A stretch of DNA of 64,000 nt from positions 151,410 to 215,409 of the forward strand of contig NW_018408798.1 of assembly GCF_002113885.1 (NCBI RefSeq), given 5' to 3'. Of the stretch, positions 28,101 to 41,241 are shown piece after piece. The notes under the pieces are model-generated. The model ran no database searches and was not told the origin of the DNA. It saw nothing but the letters and a program-made list of their open reading frames with translations. Position numbers and translations under genes: made by a program. The stretch comes from Mizuhopecten yessoensis (Eukaryota). Positions within the stretch are counted from its first letter, which is position 1. Each line of letters begins with the position of its first letter.

Positions 28101-28260
28101 ATGGTAACAAGTGACTTCTGATCTCTATGGTAACAAGTGACTTCTGATCTCTATGGTAACAAGTGACTTCTGATCTCTATGGTAACAAGTGACTCCTTAT
28201 CAATTAAGTAACAAGGAACTCCTTGTTTTTATGGTAATAAGTGATTTCTGATCTCTATGA
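25187..28260 (+). repeat. 26-bp minisatellite (CTATGGTAACAAGTGACTTCTGATAT), ~118 copies
   Basis: Homogeneous core ~25780-26535, diverged flanks. Confidence 0.98.
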
Positions 28261-30576
28261 TAAGCTCAATCCATCTTGTATGCATGTTCAATCTTTTGTA
28301 TTCTCTGCTACTCTCGATTCACTCTGTAAGTTTACTGAAAGTCATTTGTTTCTGCTTCAGTCTGTTGTGTACTGTAAGCATCTGTTTGTTTCTATTGTAG
28401 CAGACAAGTACCCTAGCTACAGTTACTGGTCTCTGTGGAGGCCGAGCCTGTTGTTACAAGGGAACTACTACCTCAGTAAACGGTGTGTTTGTAGGAATAA
28501 TCTCCCCAGAGGCTCCGGCTCTGTTGATCGTACAATTACTCCTGTCTAAATGATAACTGAGCCCAGCTCCTGTATATGAAGAGTGAAAAAACACTTGATG
28601 GTAACACAAACTGGTGTTTGTTTGATAACGGTAACAAACACACATTAACTCGGGTGTTCCCAGTCTGATAATCTGTTTATCTTTCACATGTACATTAGAG
28701 GAATAAATAAAATTTCATTTAAATATTTTAGATTGCATTTCTGCCTGTCAGTATAATAAATATAATTTTATTTGAATATTTCAGATTGCTCTCTTGTCGT
28801 TTCTGTCGTCAAATGATATAAATTTCTTTTGATTTTTTTTTATTAAACTTTTGCATGTTTGTGCTCAAATAAATAAAATCCATTTCAAATATTCAGTTTT
28901 TTTATTGCTTTCCTCTGCTCAAATGATAAATGAATGAAATTTAATTTAATGCTGTGATTATATTTTTGCATGTTCTGTGAAATAAGTAAACTTTCAGTTG
29001 AATTTTTTAGATAGCATTTTGTGTGACAACATATGATTATCTAGGTCACATTACAGTGCCTTGTAGAGACTGATCATGTGTTAGTCACAAAAATACATTA
29101 AGTTAAATTAATGTGGTGAAGAAGATATAATAAACATATGTTTGTATATTATTATATTATTTGTATGCCGGAAAAATAATTAAGCTCTGCCAAAACAGCC
29201 ATAAATTTATTTTCCCAGCTTTTTCAATAGTACATGCAAATGTTGTTTAATGCTTAAATACTTTAGAAGTTTTAAACTATAGAAATCAATGCTTGTATAT
29301 TCCTTCCTGAGTCAAATACTGTCTGTACCTAATGCTTATTTTAATTTTAAAACCTTTTGTATGTGAAAATATAGTATTAAGTTTCATTTGTTTTGAAATG
29401 TAAAAACCATGTGGTTAACATGTGCCAATTAAGTCCTCTTCACTACGATTTCTAACGGTTGTAATAAACTTGTGTTGTGTAACAAGGTGTTCAATGTCGT
29501 AGAATAGTTTTCCAAAATTTCTGTTTGTCAGATAAAGTTTTCCGAATCATGAGTCCTTTTAAAAAGTTGTCAGGTAATTGTAATAACTTCCAAGGAGTTT
29601 GGTTAGGGGAAGGAGGGTCGGACAGATGCCTAAATGCTTGACATAGTTGGTGCTGGTAGATGTAACCAGGAGAAAAATAACCCCAAAGCTTTCTAAATAA
29701 AGAACAACATAACACTTTCTCTCAACAAAAAATGTATCTATACAACTCTGCTCCTTGTAATAAACATCTCTTGGTCTCACATGGAATCAAAACGTGGAGC
29801 AAATCATCGGCTTGTAACACGGGGAGTACCACCTGTATAGGCTACGGAGGGAGGAATTATGGCCAATTCCTACCTTATAGGACGTTTGGAGGGTAGAAAT
29901 TTGAGGCATGTTGTTGTGGGTTTGTTTACTGGATTATAGCCGAGTTACATTACGTTCTCTGTGAAATCTGGTAAGATGATTAGTGAGGTAAACTACTGGG
30001 TCATTAGCACAGTGTAACTTCTACCTGGAACTTCTACGTGTTTCATTGTAAACTCGGTATTTTTCTGTAAACTTTTTATCATTCGTTGGGTTTTTTCTGT
30101 AGAGAATTTATTAAGGGACTCTAAATTATAATGTATACAAAATTTATTTTCTGACTGTTATTTTCAAGGATTTTACATCTTCTTTGTGTTATATAATTAT
30201 CCAAGTGTTCGAATCATAATTAAGTTGTCAAACACAAAACTTCGAAACTTAATGAAGAGTTTCATCTTTAACATATTTATATCTATTCAACAGATTGTGT
30301 GAAATCATGATTTGATAAAAAAATAATCCTTTGAGGAAAATCTGCTGTGATGTGAATTGCGACCAGCAAACCTTTGGAATATCTTGTGTGTGTCTTACTT
30401 TTAACAATACAGTATTAACTCTGAACTTCTAGATGGAGGTTGGTAATGGGATGAATAATAATGTAAAAATTCAGTGTGGATTCTAATTAATCTTTGAGTG
30501 TGTCTTTCGTTTAATTTCACCTACAAAGTTAAACAGTGACAAAATTGTGACGACTTTGAACACTTTCGGATATTTC

Positions 30577-30689
30577 ATGATGTCGTTAAGTCAGCGAGAT
30601 GATATGGGTGACCAACAGTGGCTACAACATCTGTACGACCAGGCGACGTCTGTCGATCTAAACGTGGAGGAAATAGACGACACAGAAGA
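30577..30689 (+). CDS. Candidate small first coding exon of an unidentified gene (MMSLSQRDDMGDQQWLQHLYDQATSVDLNVEEIDDTE...)
   Basis: ATG at 30577, protein-like acidic peptide, locally CpG-rich, ends at GA|GTAGGT donor-like site (intron from 30690, phase 2) followed by AT-rich DNA; unspliced frame stops at TAG 30691-30693. No homology recognised. Confidence 0.5.
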
Positions 30690-31104
30690 GTAGGTATCCC
30701 TGACAACTAACATAAGTAACAGTTTTGTAGGTTAATATTTTTTTATTTTTTTTATAAAAAATGAAGGTATTTTTGTAACACATGAAGTCAGACAGGAGAT
30801 ATCTAATAGTATCAAGCCAAACAAATATTGCTAGTAATCGCTCTGTAAAAGTTATATATGATGGTATGTTTTAAATGTTAATCAAAAACAGGAAATTGAT
30901 GGTAGATGATGTCGAGTTCTGTATCATATTACTATCCCCATTTATCCATGCGAAAGATTAACAAGATATGAGAACAAGGCATAAAGATTTGTGGGCCTCA
31001 CTTCAAATATTGGTGTTAGAGAATGTGGATATGACTTACAATTTTATGCAACAGAACAGATATAGACGAGTTAATATGTTACATCAGTTGTTTTGTCACA
31101 TGAC

Positions 31105-33559
31105 CTTTTTCATCCTACCAGATAACTGATACATAAAGCCAAGCTCTTTTTCATCCTACCAGATTACAGATACATAAAGACAAGCTCTTTTTCATCCTAC
31201 CAGATTACAGATTAATACAGCGAAGCTTTTTTTCATCCTACCAGATTACAGATACATAAGCCAAGCTATTTTTGATCCTACCAGATTACAGATACATAAA
31301 GCCAAGCTCCTTTCATCCTACCAGATCACAGATACATAAAGCCAAGCTCTTTTTCATCCTACCAGATTACGGATATATATACAGCCAAGCTCTTTTTCAT
31401 CCTCCCAGATTACAGATACATAAAGCCAAGCTTTTTTCATCCTACCAGATCACAGATACATAAAGCCAAGATCTTTTTCATCCTACCAGATTACAGATAC
31501 ATAAAGACAAGCTCTTTTTCATCCTACCAGATTACAGATACATCAAGCCAAGCGCTTTTCATCCTACCAGATCACAGATACATAAAGCCAAGCTCTTTTT
31601 CGTCCTACCAGATTACAGATACATAAAGCCAAGCTCTTTTTCATCCTACCAGATTACAGATTCATACAGCCAAGCTCTTTTTCATCCACATGACCTTTTT
31701 CATCCTACCAGATAACTGATACATACAGCCAAGATCTTTTTCATCCTACCAGATTACAGATACATAAAGCCAAGCGCTTTTCATCCTACCAGATCACAGA
31801 TACATAAAGCCAAGCTCTTTTTCACCCTACCAGATTACAGATTCATACAGCCAAGCTCTTTTTCATCCACATGACCTTTTTCATCCTACCAGATAACTAA
31901 TACATAAAGCCAAGCTCTTTTTCATCCTACCAGATTACAGATTCATACAGCGAAGCTTTTTTTCATCCTACCAGATTACAGATACATAAAGCAAAGCTCT
32001 TTTCATCCTACCAGATCACAGATACATAAAGCCAAGCTCTTTTTCATCCTACCAGATTAAAGATACATACAGCCAAGCTCTTTTTCATCCTACCAGATAA
32101 CTGATACATAAAGCCAAGCCCTTTTTCATCCTACCAGATTACAGATACATTAAGCCAAGCTCTTTTTCATCCTACCAGATTACAGATTCATATAGCCAAG
32201 CTCTTTTTCATCCTACCAGATTACAGATATATAAAGCCAAGCTATTTTTCATCCTACCAGATTACAGATTCATACAGCCAAGCTCTTTTTCATCCTACCA
32301 GATAACTGATACATAAAGCCAAGCCCTTTTTCATCCTACCAGATTACAGATACATACAGCCAAGCTCTTTTTCATCCTACCAGATTACAGATACATAAAG
32401 CCAAGCTCTTTTTCATCCTACCAGATTACAGATACATACAGCCAAGCTCTTTTTCATCCTACCAGATTACAGATACATAAAGCCAAGCTCTTTTTCATCC
32501 TACCAGATTACAGATACATACAGCCAAGCTCTTTTTCATCCTACCAGATTACAGATACATAAAGCCAAGCTCTTTTTCATCCTACCAGATTACAGATACA
32601 TACAGCCAAGCTCTTTTTCATCCTACCAGATTACAGATACATAAAGCCAAGCTCTTTTTCATCCTACCAGATTACAGATACATACAGCCAAGCTCTTTTT
32701 CATCCTACCAGATTACAGATACATAAAGCCAAGCTCTTTTTCATCCTACCAGATTACAGATACATACAGCCAAGCTCTTTTTCATCCTACCAGATTACAG
32801 ATACATAAAGCCAAGCTCTTTTTCATCCTACCAGATTACAGATACATACAGCCAAGCTCTTTTTCATCCTACCAGATTACAGATACATAAAGCCAAGCTC
32901 TTTTTCATCCTACCAGATTACAGATACATACAGCCAAGCTCTTTTTCATCCTACCAGATTACAGATACATAAAGCCAAGCTCTTTTTCATCCTACCAGAT
33001 TACAGATACATACAGCCAAGCTCTTTTTCATCCTACCAGATTACAGATACATAAAGCCAAGCTCTTTTTCATCCTACCAGATTACAGATACATACAGCCA
33101 AGCTCTTTTTCATCCTACCAGATTACAGATACATAAAGCCAAGCTCTTTTTCATCCTACCAGATTACAGATACATACAGCCAAGATCTTTTTCATCCTAC
33201 CAGATTACAGATACATAAAGCCAAGCTCTTTTTCATCCTACCAGATTACAGATACATACAGCCAAGCTCTTTTTCATCCTACCAGATTACAGATACATAA
33301 AGCCAAGCTCTTTTTCATCCTACCAGATTACAGATACATACAGCCAAGCTCTTTTTCATCCTACCAGATTACAGATACATAAAGCCAAGCTCTTTTTCAT
33401 CCTACCAGATTACAGATACATACAGCCAAGCTCTTTTTCATCCTACCAGATTACAGATACATAAAGCCAAGCTCTTTTTCATCCTACCAGATTACAGATA
33501 CATACAGCCAAGCTCTTTTTCATCCTACCAGATTACAGATACATACAGCCAAGCTCTTT
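31105..33559 (+). repeat. 41-bp minisatellite (TTTTTCATCCTACCAGATTACAGATACATA[A/C]AGCCAAGCTC), ~59 copies, with 82-bp higher-order core
   Basis: Unit read directly; alternating CATACAG/CATAAAG ~32340-33520. Confidence 0.98.
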
Positions 33560-33886
33560 AACTAGATATGTCTTATAAGGGTAAAAATCATATGGTGGTT
33601 AATTTATAAAATACAATTAAAGGATTTTCTTATTTTTTACTATTGTTATAGAAAGTCTAGAACTTTGTTTAAATTTCAGATACAAGATAGACTATAATTT
33701 AAGTCTATATACCAGTAACATAAGTTATTGTAGTCTTTGTTGATAAAATATATAGAATTTAGGTGTATTTAAGCTGATATATTCCCCTTTTAACTGAGAA
33801 ATTCATTGGGAGGAAAAGGTTTAAGAACAGTAATTAAATATTCTGAAATACTTGGACTTCAACAAGTCTTAAATGCAGGCAACCTA

Positions 33887-34160
33887 TACACATGAGTGAG
33901 CTTATTACTTATGTGGTCACTCTTGACTCACTTACATTCCCTATACTAACACATTGGACAGCTTCAGCGTCAAGCTTACACATGAGTGAACTTATTACTT
34001 ATGTGACCACTCTTGACTCACTTACATTCCCTATACTAACACATTGGACAGCTTCAGCGTCAAGCTTACACATGAGTGAACTTATTACTTATGTGGCCAC
34101 TCTTGACTCACTTACATTCCCTTTACAACACATTGGACAGCTTCAGCGTCAAGCTTACAT
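33887..34160 (+). repeat. 90-bp tandem triplication
   Basis: TACACATGAGTGA at 33887, 33977, 34067. Confidence 0.95.
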
Positions 34161-34249
34161 GTAAACATGTTAATATGCTACATAAGTATGTTGGACAAAT
34201 TCTCAGGGGACAAGGTCCAGTCTATACCCTTATCATATACTGCATCTGT

Positions 34250-35781
34250 ATATAAGACAAGTTTACGGAGATCAAGGTCAAGTCTTCACTGCTGTCATAC
34301 TGCAATTGTAGATTGGACAGGTTTACAAACATCAAGGTCAAGTCCTCACTGTTGTCATACTGCAATTTTAGATTGGACAGGTTTACGGAGGTAGGTCAAG
34401 TCTTCACTGCTGTCATACTGCAATTGTTGATTGGACAGGTTTACAGAGATCAAGGTCAAGTCTTCACTGTTGTCATACTGCAATTTTAGATTGGACAAGT
34501 TTATGGAGATCAACGTCAAGTCTTTACTGTTATCATACTGCAATTGTAGATTGGACAGGTTTACAAACATCAACGTCAAGTCTTCACCGCTGTCATACTG
34601 CAATTGTAGATTGGACAGGTTTACAGAGATCAAGGTCAAGTCTTCACTGCTGTCATACTGCAATTGTAGATTGGACAGGTTTACGGAGATCAACGTCAAG
34701 TCTTCACCGCTGTCATACTGCAATTGTAGATTGGACAAGTTTACGGAGATCAAGGTCAAGTCCTCACTGCTGTCACACTGCAATTGTAGATTGGACAGGT
34801 TTACAAACATCAAGGTCAAGTCTTTACTGTTATCATACTGCAATTGTAGATTGGACAGGTTTACAAACATCAAGGTCAAGTCTTCACTGCTGTCATACTC
34901 CAGTTGTAGATTCGACAGGTTTACGGAGATCAAGGTCAAGTCCTCACTGCTGTCATACTGCAATTGTAGATTGGATAGGTTTACAAACATCAAGGTCAAG
35001 TCTTCTCTGCTGTCATACTCCAGTTGTAGATTGGACAGGTTTACAGAGATCAAGATCAAGACTTCACTGCTGTCATACTCCAGTTGTAGATTGGACAGGT
35101 TTACAAACATCAAAGTCAAGTCTTCACCGCTGTCATACTGCAATTGCAGATTGGACAAGTTTACGGAGATCAAGGTCTAGTCCTCACTGCTGTCACACTG
35201 CAATTGTCGATTGGACAGGTTTACAAACATCAAGGTCAAGTCCTCACTGTTGTCATACTGCAATTGTAGATTGGACAAGTTTATAAACATCAAGGTCAAG
35301 TCTTTACTGTTATCATACTGCAATTGTAGATTGGACAGGTATACAAACATCAACGTCAAGTCTTCACCGCTGTCATACTGCGATTGTAGATTGGACAAGT
35401 TTACGGAGATCAAGGTCTAGTCCTCACTGCTGTCACACTGCAATTGTCGATTGGACAGGTTTACAAACATCAAGGTCAAGTCTTCACTGTTGTCATACTC
35501 CAGTTGTAGATTGGACAGGTTTACAAACATCAAGGGCAAGTCTTCACTGCTGTCATACTGTAATTGTAGATTGGACAGGTTTACAGAGATCAAGGTCAAG
35601 TCTTCACTGCTGTCATACTCCAGTTGTAGATTGGACAGGTTTACGGAGATCAAGGTCAAGTCTTCACTGCTGTCATACTGCAATTGTAGATTGGACAGGT
35701 TTACGGAGATCAAGGTCAAGTCTTCACTGCTGTCATACTGTAATTGTAGATTGGACAGGTTTACAAACATCAAGGTCAAGT
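34250..35781 (+). repeat. 60-bp minisatellite (TTGGACAGGTTTAC..ATCAAGGTCAAGTCTTCACTGCTGTCATACTGCAATTGTAGA), ~25 copies
   Basis: Exact 60-bp register; units are mosaics of a few variant blocks (AAAC/GGAG/AGAG, GCAA/CCAG). Confidence 0.97.
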
Positions 35782-36384
35782 GTGTAGGTACTATCATACC
35801 TCTAACTGTAATTCAGACAAGTTGATTGGGCCAAACTTGCCAAGTCATGAAAGAGGTCAAACTCATTTTTTCGGCCCAAATCATGATGGAAGACCCATTA
35901 CACCATCATGGGAGTAGTGGACCAATAGTCTTGGTAGATCATGGATGAAGAGTTACTGATATAAATTCAGAAATTGCTTATTAGTAATAATTCATCAGTT
36001 AAAATTTTGCCTGGTTAATTCTTAATGCAATATAGATACAAAATAGGTCATGTAACCAAATGTCCATTTGGAAAGGAGATTTTTACTTACGGATTACTGT
36101 ACGTGGTATACCACTTCATTGTCACAATAACACAGGAACCACAACATTGAATGGCCACAATTAAAATATTTAACAGTAGTGATCACATAATTGTGAGTCA
36201 TTTGTTAACCTTACTAAAGCGATGTCATTTTAGAAAATGGTGTTCCTGGCAAGATCAGCAATAACACTGTGCATTATAGACCCAATTTAAAACCATTTTC
36301 TACAATGTATGTTGATCATATTTATGATATAGTAGAGTAACAATGCTATATTGATTGATTTGATTCAACAATTTCATGGTCCTT

Positions 36385-36549
36385 CCATGTGTTTGTGCAG
36401 TCCTACCATGTGTTTGTGCAGTCCTACCATATGTATGTGCAGTCCTACCATGTGTTTGTGCAGTCCTACCATGTGTTTGTGCAGTCCTACCATGTGTTTG
36501 TGCAGTCCTACCATGTGTGTTTGTGCAGTCCTACCATGTGTTTGTGCAG
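36385..36549 (+). repeat. 21-bp minisatellite (CCATGTGTTTGTGCAGTCCTA), ~8 copies
   Basis: Unit read directly. Confidence 0.93.
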
Positions 36550-37440
36550 CAAAGTCAGTGTTGTCCCAATCGATACGTCACGATTATAGTCCGACCTTAC
36601 TACGACGTGTCAGAGGTCTCGTAACATATATTGCATTTTCTGTGCATAGTACTATTGGAGGATGCAGAGCTAATGTTGTGTATGTTTATGAACTGGAATA
36701 AATCTTAATCCAACAACTCAGTCCATTAATTGGTGACAGTGTTGAGGAGCAAATAAAGAGAGATGGCATTACAGTGCTTGACAGTGGTTGATTCCTTAAC
36801 CAAGACGAGAGGGATCAGGTTTCTTGGCATCTGAACACCATACTTGACAACCTTTCAGATTGTTCGCTAGATGTGCATCATGCTAAAATCTGAAGTGTCT
36901 CAAAAGTACATTATAATGACCCCTTCCTGACAAAATCAATGTAAAATGTTGGTCGCTTAAGCTGTTCTGTGCAGTTTGTTAATTGAATTTGAACAAACAG
37001 CAAGATGACAAGAGCTAACTTAAAGTGCAAAATGAGAGAGAAAAATTTGGAATCTTCATCCTAAATTGGGAGACATGTCCATTATCCTTACGGATAGCAT
37101 ATATCCACTGTGAGATTTGTTTGGTGTGTCATTTTTATTGTTTCATTATTACTAATGAATAATTAATTATTATTGAAAATGATGGTATTCTGGTTCATTT
37201 TTGCCGGTGAATCGTAAATTCTGATTACCATTCATGACAGTTTATTGCTCTTTTGTAATGTTCACATGTCGGTGATATGGATTGCTGATATATAATACCG
37301 ATTGTAAATTATGAGTTTGTATTGGATCGGGAAATGATAAATGTAACCTGTCCATTGACTCAGTGTTGTAAAATGTCCATCGGAGTCCGGAGTGTCCCAA
37401 AACTTTACCATCCGGTCGATATATAAACTCCAGGTATTTT

Positions 37441-39422
37441 TTAGGTCACCTGAGCTTTGCTCAAGTGACCTATTCTGATCACTTTCCGTCCGTCGACGTG
37501 TGTAAATTTTTTACATTTTCAACTTCTTCTCAAGAACCAGTGGATGGAATTTTGACAAACTTGGTCAGAATCCTCCTTTGTAGATGAGGCTACACAATTG
37601 TAAAATAAGGATTCCTACCCCAACCCCTGGGGCCAGGGTGGGGCTCCAAAGGGAAAATTAACCAATATTTCAAAAATCTTCTTCTCCAGACTCCGAGGTA
37701 CTACAGTCATTTTCTCTACATGGATGGAAAGATCATCAGGGGCTTTATTTGAATTGTAAATTTCAGGACCCCCGGGCTATCCGTTCTCCCTTGGGGAGGG
37801 GGTAAAGTTTACTATAGTTTATATAGGAAAATAACACTTTTGTGTATATTTTTACAATTTTCTATAGAAAATTATTCTTACTTGGTGAGAACTATCCTTG
37901 GAGGAAGATGGTTTTAAAATATAAAATTGGGATTCCTATCCGAACCCTAGGGGCCAGGGCGGGGCCCCGAAGGGAAAATTAACCAATATTTCAAAAATCT
38001 TCTTCTCCAGACTCCGAGGTACTACAGTCATTTTCTCTACATGGATGGAAAGATCATCAGGGGCTTTATTTGAATTGTAAATTTCAGGACCCCCGGGCTA
38101 TCCGTTCTCCCTTGGGGAGGGGGTAAAGTTTACTATAGTTTATATAGGGAAATAACACTTTTGGGTATATTTTGACAACTTTCTGTAGGAAATTATTTTT
38201 ACTTGGTGAGAATTATCCTTGGAGGTAGATGGTTTCAAATTGTAAAATTGAGATTCCTACCCCGACCCCTGGGGCCAGGGCGGGGCCCCAAAGGGAAAAT
38301 TATCCAATATTTCAAAAATCTTCTTCTCCAGACTCCGAGGTACTACAGTCATTTTCTCTGCATGGATGGAAAGATCATCAGGGGCTTTATTTAAATTGTA
38401 AATTTCAGGACCCCCGAGCTATCCGTTCTCCCTTGGGGAGGGGGTAAAGTTTACTATAGTTTATATAGGGAAATAACACTTTTGTGTATATTTTTACAAT
38501 TTTCTATAGAAAATTATTCTTACTTGGTGAGAACTATCCTTGGAGGAAGATGGTTTTAAAATATAAAATTTGGATTCCTATCCGAACCCTAGGGGCCAGG
38601 GCGGGGCCCCGAAGGGAAAATTAACCAATATTTCAAAAACCTTCTTCTCCAGACTCCGAGGTACTACAGTCATTTTCTCTACATGGATGGAAAGATCATC
38701 AGGGGCTTTATTTGAATTGTAAATTTCAGGACCCCCGGGCTATCCGTTCTCCCTTGGGGAGGGGGTAAAGTTTACTATAGTTTATATAGGGAAATAACAC
38801 TTTTGTGTATATTTTTACAATTTTCTATAGAAAATTATTCTTACTTGGTGAGAACTATCCTTGGAGGAAGATGGTTTTAAGATATAAAATTGGGATTCCT
38901 ACCCTAACCCTAAGGGCCAGGGCGGGGCCCCGAAGGGAAAATTAACCAATATTTCAAAAACCTTCTTCTCCAGACTCCGAGGTACTACAGTCATTTTCTC
39001 TACATGGATGGAAAGATCATCAGGGGCTTTATTTGAATTGTAAATTTCAGGACCCCCGGGCCATCCGTTCTCCCTTGGGGAGGGGGGAAAGTTTACTATA
39101 GTTTATATAGGGAAATAACACTTATGGATATATTTTATGCATTTTCAGCAGAAAATTATTCAAACATGGTCAGAATCATCTTTGGTGGATGAGGGTATTA
39201 CATTGTAAAATCAGAATTCCTGCCCCATCCCCAGGGGCTAGGGCGGGGCCCCAAAGGGAACATTTACCAATATTTCAAAATTCTTATCCTTTGATGACAT
39301 GACAAGTATTGTATTTCACTAGTCTACATGCTGACTTCCACATCACATCTAAACAATAAAATAAAGATACCAGTACCTATGATATAACGCAAGTGACCGC
39401 TAAGGCCATTGGGCCTCTTGTT
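37441..39422 (+). mobile_element. Non-autonomous Helentron/HINE-like (pearl/DTC84-type) element with internal 321-bp tandem array
   Basis: 5' hairpin TAGGTCACCTGAGC-TTT-GCTCAAGTGACCTA (37442-37472), short CCGTCCGTC microsatellite, central repeats, 3' subterminal CAAGTGACC (39390-39398) and hairpin AGGCC-ATTG-GGCCT then CTTGTT; T-rich insertion site, no TSD. Confidence 0.88.
37530..39290 (+). repeat. 321-bp tandem repeat (~5.5 copies) inside the HINE-like element
   Basis: CTTCTCCAGACTCCGAGGTAC at 37681, 38002, 38323, 38644, 38965. Confidence 0.95.
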
Positions 39423-39502
39423 CTTCTGTTTAAATACAGAATTGTTTTTTTCCAAATTTTCATTTATTCTTTTAAAAGATTTTCTGAAAATGATCACCTA
39501 TC

Positions 39503-39574
39503 TTTTGGAGATGACACAGTGCTATTTTGGAGATGACACAGTGCTGTTTTGGAGATGACACTGCTATTTTGGAG
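39503..39574 (+). repeat. 22-bp tandem repeat (TTTTGGAGATGACACAGTGCTA), ~3 copies
   Basis: Read directly. Confidence 0.85.
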
Positions 39575-41241
39575 TGTAGAAATCAGTTTGTTTCCTCAAG
39601 TTTTAAGATATTAAATATTCTAGGTGTGAGTCTCAAGTGGAAATCTTTACTGTAATATCTTCAATTTAATATGAAAATGCTGGTTATCATATTTGGTGGG
39701 GTTTTCGACTATACTGATGAGGAGGGGCCCACAGCTAATCTAAAATAGCAGGTTAAATGGGGAGCCATTACAAAAGGATGCTGTTTTATATTGCCTGTCT
39801 TTGTTGATTGACATTTAAACAATATTTGGACTGTATTGTAGCATCAAATACCATTTCATTTTAATATCAAAATTATCTTATGCACACTTTTGAAGAAATG
39901 TAGCTATTTTTGAGAAACGTTTTTTTTTAAACTGGGCAATTAAGAAAACATTCTATCTGACACATTATGCTTGTGACTTGTGTATGAGTTATTTCCCTTG
40001 AAGTCAGTTTTTATCTAAATATTCAGATTATGGATGTGTAATCAATATAGGAGTAACTTGTGTGTATTTTAATATGTCTGATATACTTTTGGAATTCAGT
40101 AAGGTAGCGGACATCCTTAAGTGAAAAATTCAGGAACAAATCCTGGCTTTTACAACAGGCAAAATTACTGATGCCAAGGTAAAACATTTACCTGACATCA
40201 AAAATTCAGATAAAAATTATCCATAAAAATTAAGTTGGTAGGACATTTTCACAATAGGAGAACTGGTGGTTGAACTTGATTAAGAAAAATGGTGAAGATT
40301 GACTTGGAATGTTTTTTGTATGGCAAAGGTTTGTAATTGGTTAAAGCACACACAAATGGTTGTGAGTGTAAAATACTACTTCACTATAACATAGTGTGAT
40401 GCTAAATAAGGTTGGTACAAGACGATGGCCAGTATTGACCATAACTGCTGAGCTATACATTCTACAGATTCCTGGTAGAAGTGTTTTCTGTCATCTATCA
40501 TATTATCTAACACCCCATCATCTGTTAGCATGGACCACACTTCTCCCCTACTCTCTTACTGTCAGGCATCCCCAACATCAGACGGTCTCTGACGCAATGT
40601 CTGTCATACTTTGGTAGAGCTGTGTGCGTCACACAGTCACTGTGAGCTTGGCAGGGTTGCATGCCTTCCCACAGTTACTAATTCCTGTCAAAACTTACAA
40701 TTTATGTTCAAATGAAAAATTGTCGAGTTGCCATATCTGTTTCATATGTATCTGTGAGGAAAGTCAATAATTTGCTGCCAAGTTTTTGTATCCATGTGGC
40801 ACTGGTTTGATGTCACTGCCATATTATCACAAACACTTTCCTCGTTTTTGTAATATTTTATGTGCAATCAGCCGAGGAATTTAATAACTTACTAAAAATT
40901 GTTATTATGCCGTGGCACAGTGTCACTCATTTGTTGTCAGTCATCATTAAAAACTACTAGTCTAGTATGGCTAAAGAGATTTTGAACCAATTTCACATGG
41001 ACATCCTTGGGCCAAGGAAATTCTTTTCTAATGAGTGAAAGATCTATAGGGGCATTGCTGCACCAAACCACTGGCCCAGGAAATTCAATTTTCCATGAGG
41101 GTTGATTTGAAATTAGAAATTATTCCTTGGCATCTGATTAACTGGGACATTTTTGATATTGATTATACAATTTTGACAAAACTATATAGAACTGTTCTGC
41201 CATTATTTGATTCATAAATATGCGCTTGTTGTTCAAATTTT

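Noticed and set aside
34355-35825. LRR-looking ORFs (LSNLQLQYD..LTL) on the minus strand and Cys-rich ORFs on the plus strand
   Set aside because: 60-bp DNA minisatellite with stops interrupting both strands; lacks the LxxLxLxxN motif; resemblance to LRR judged coincidental
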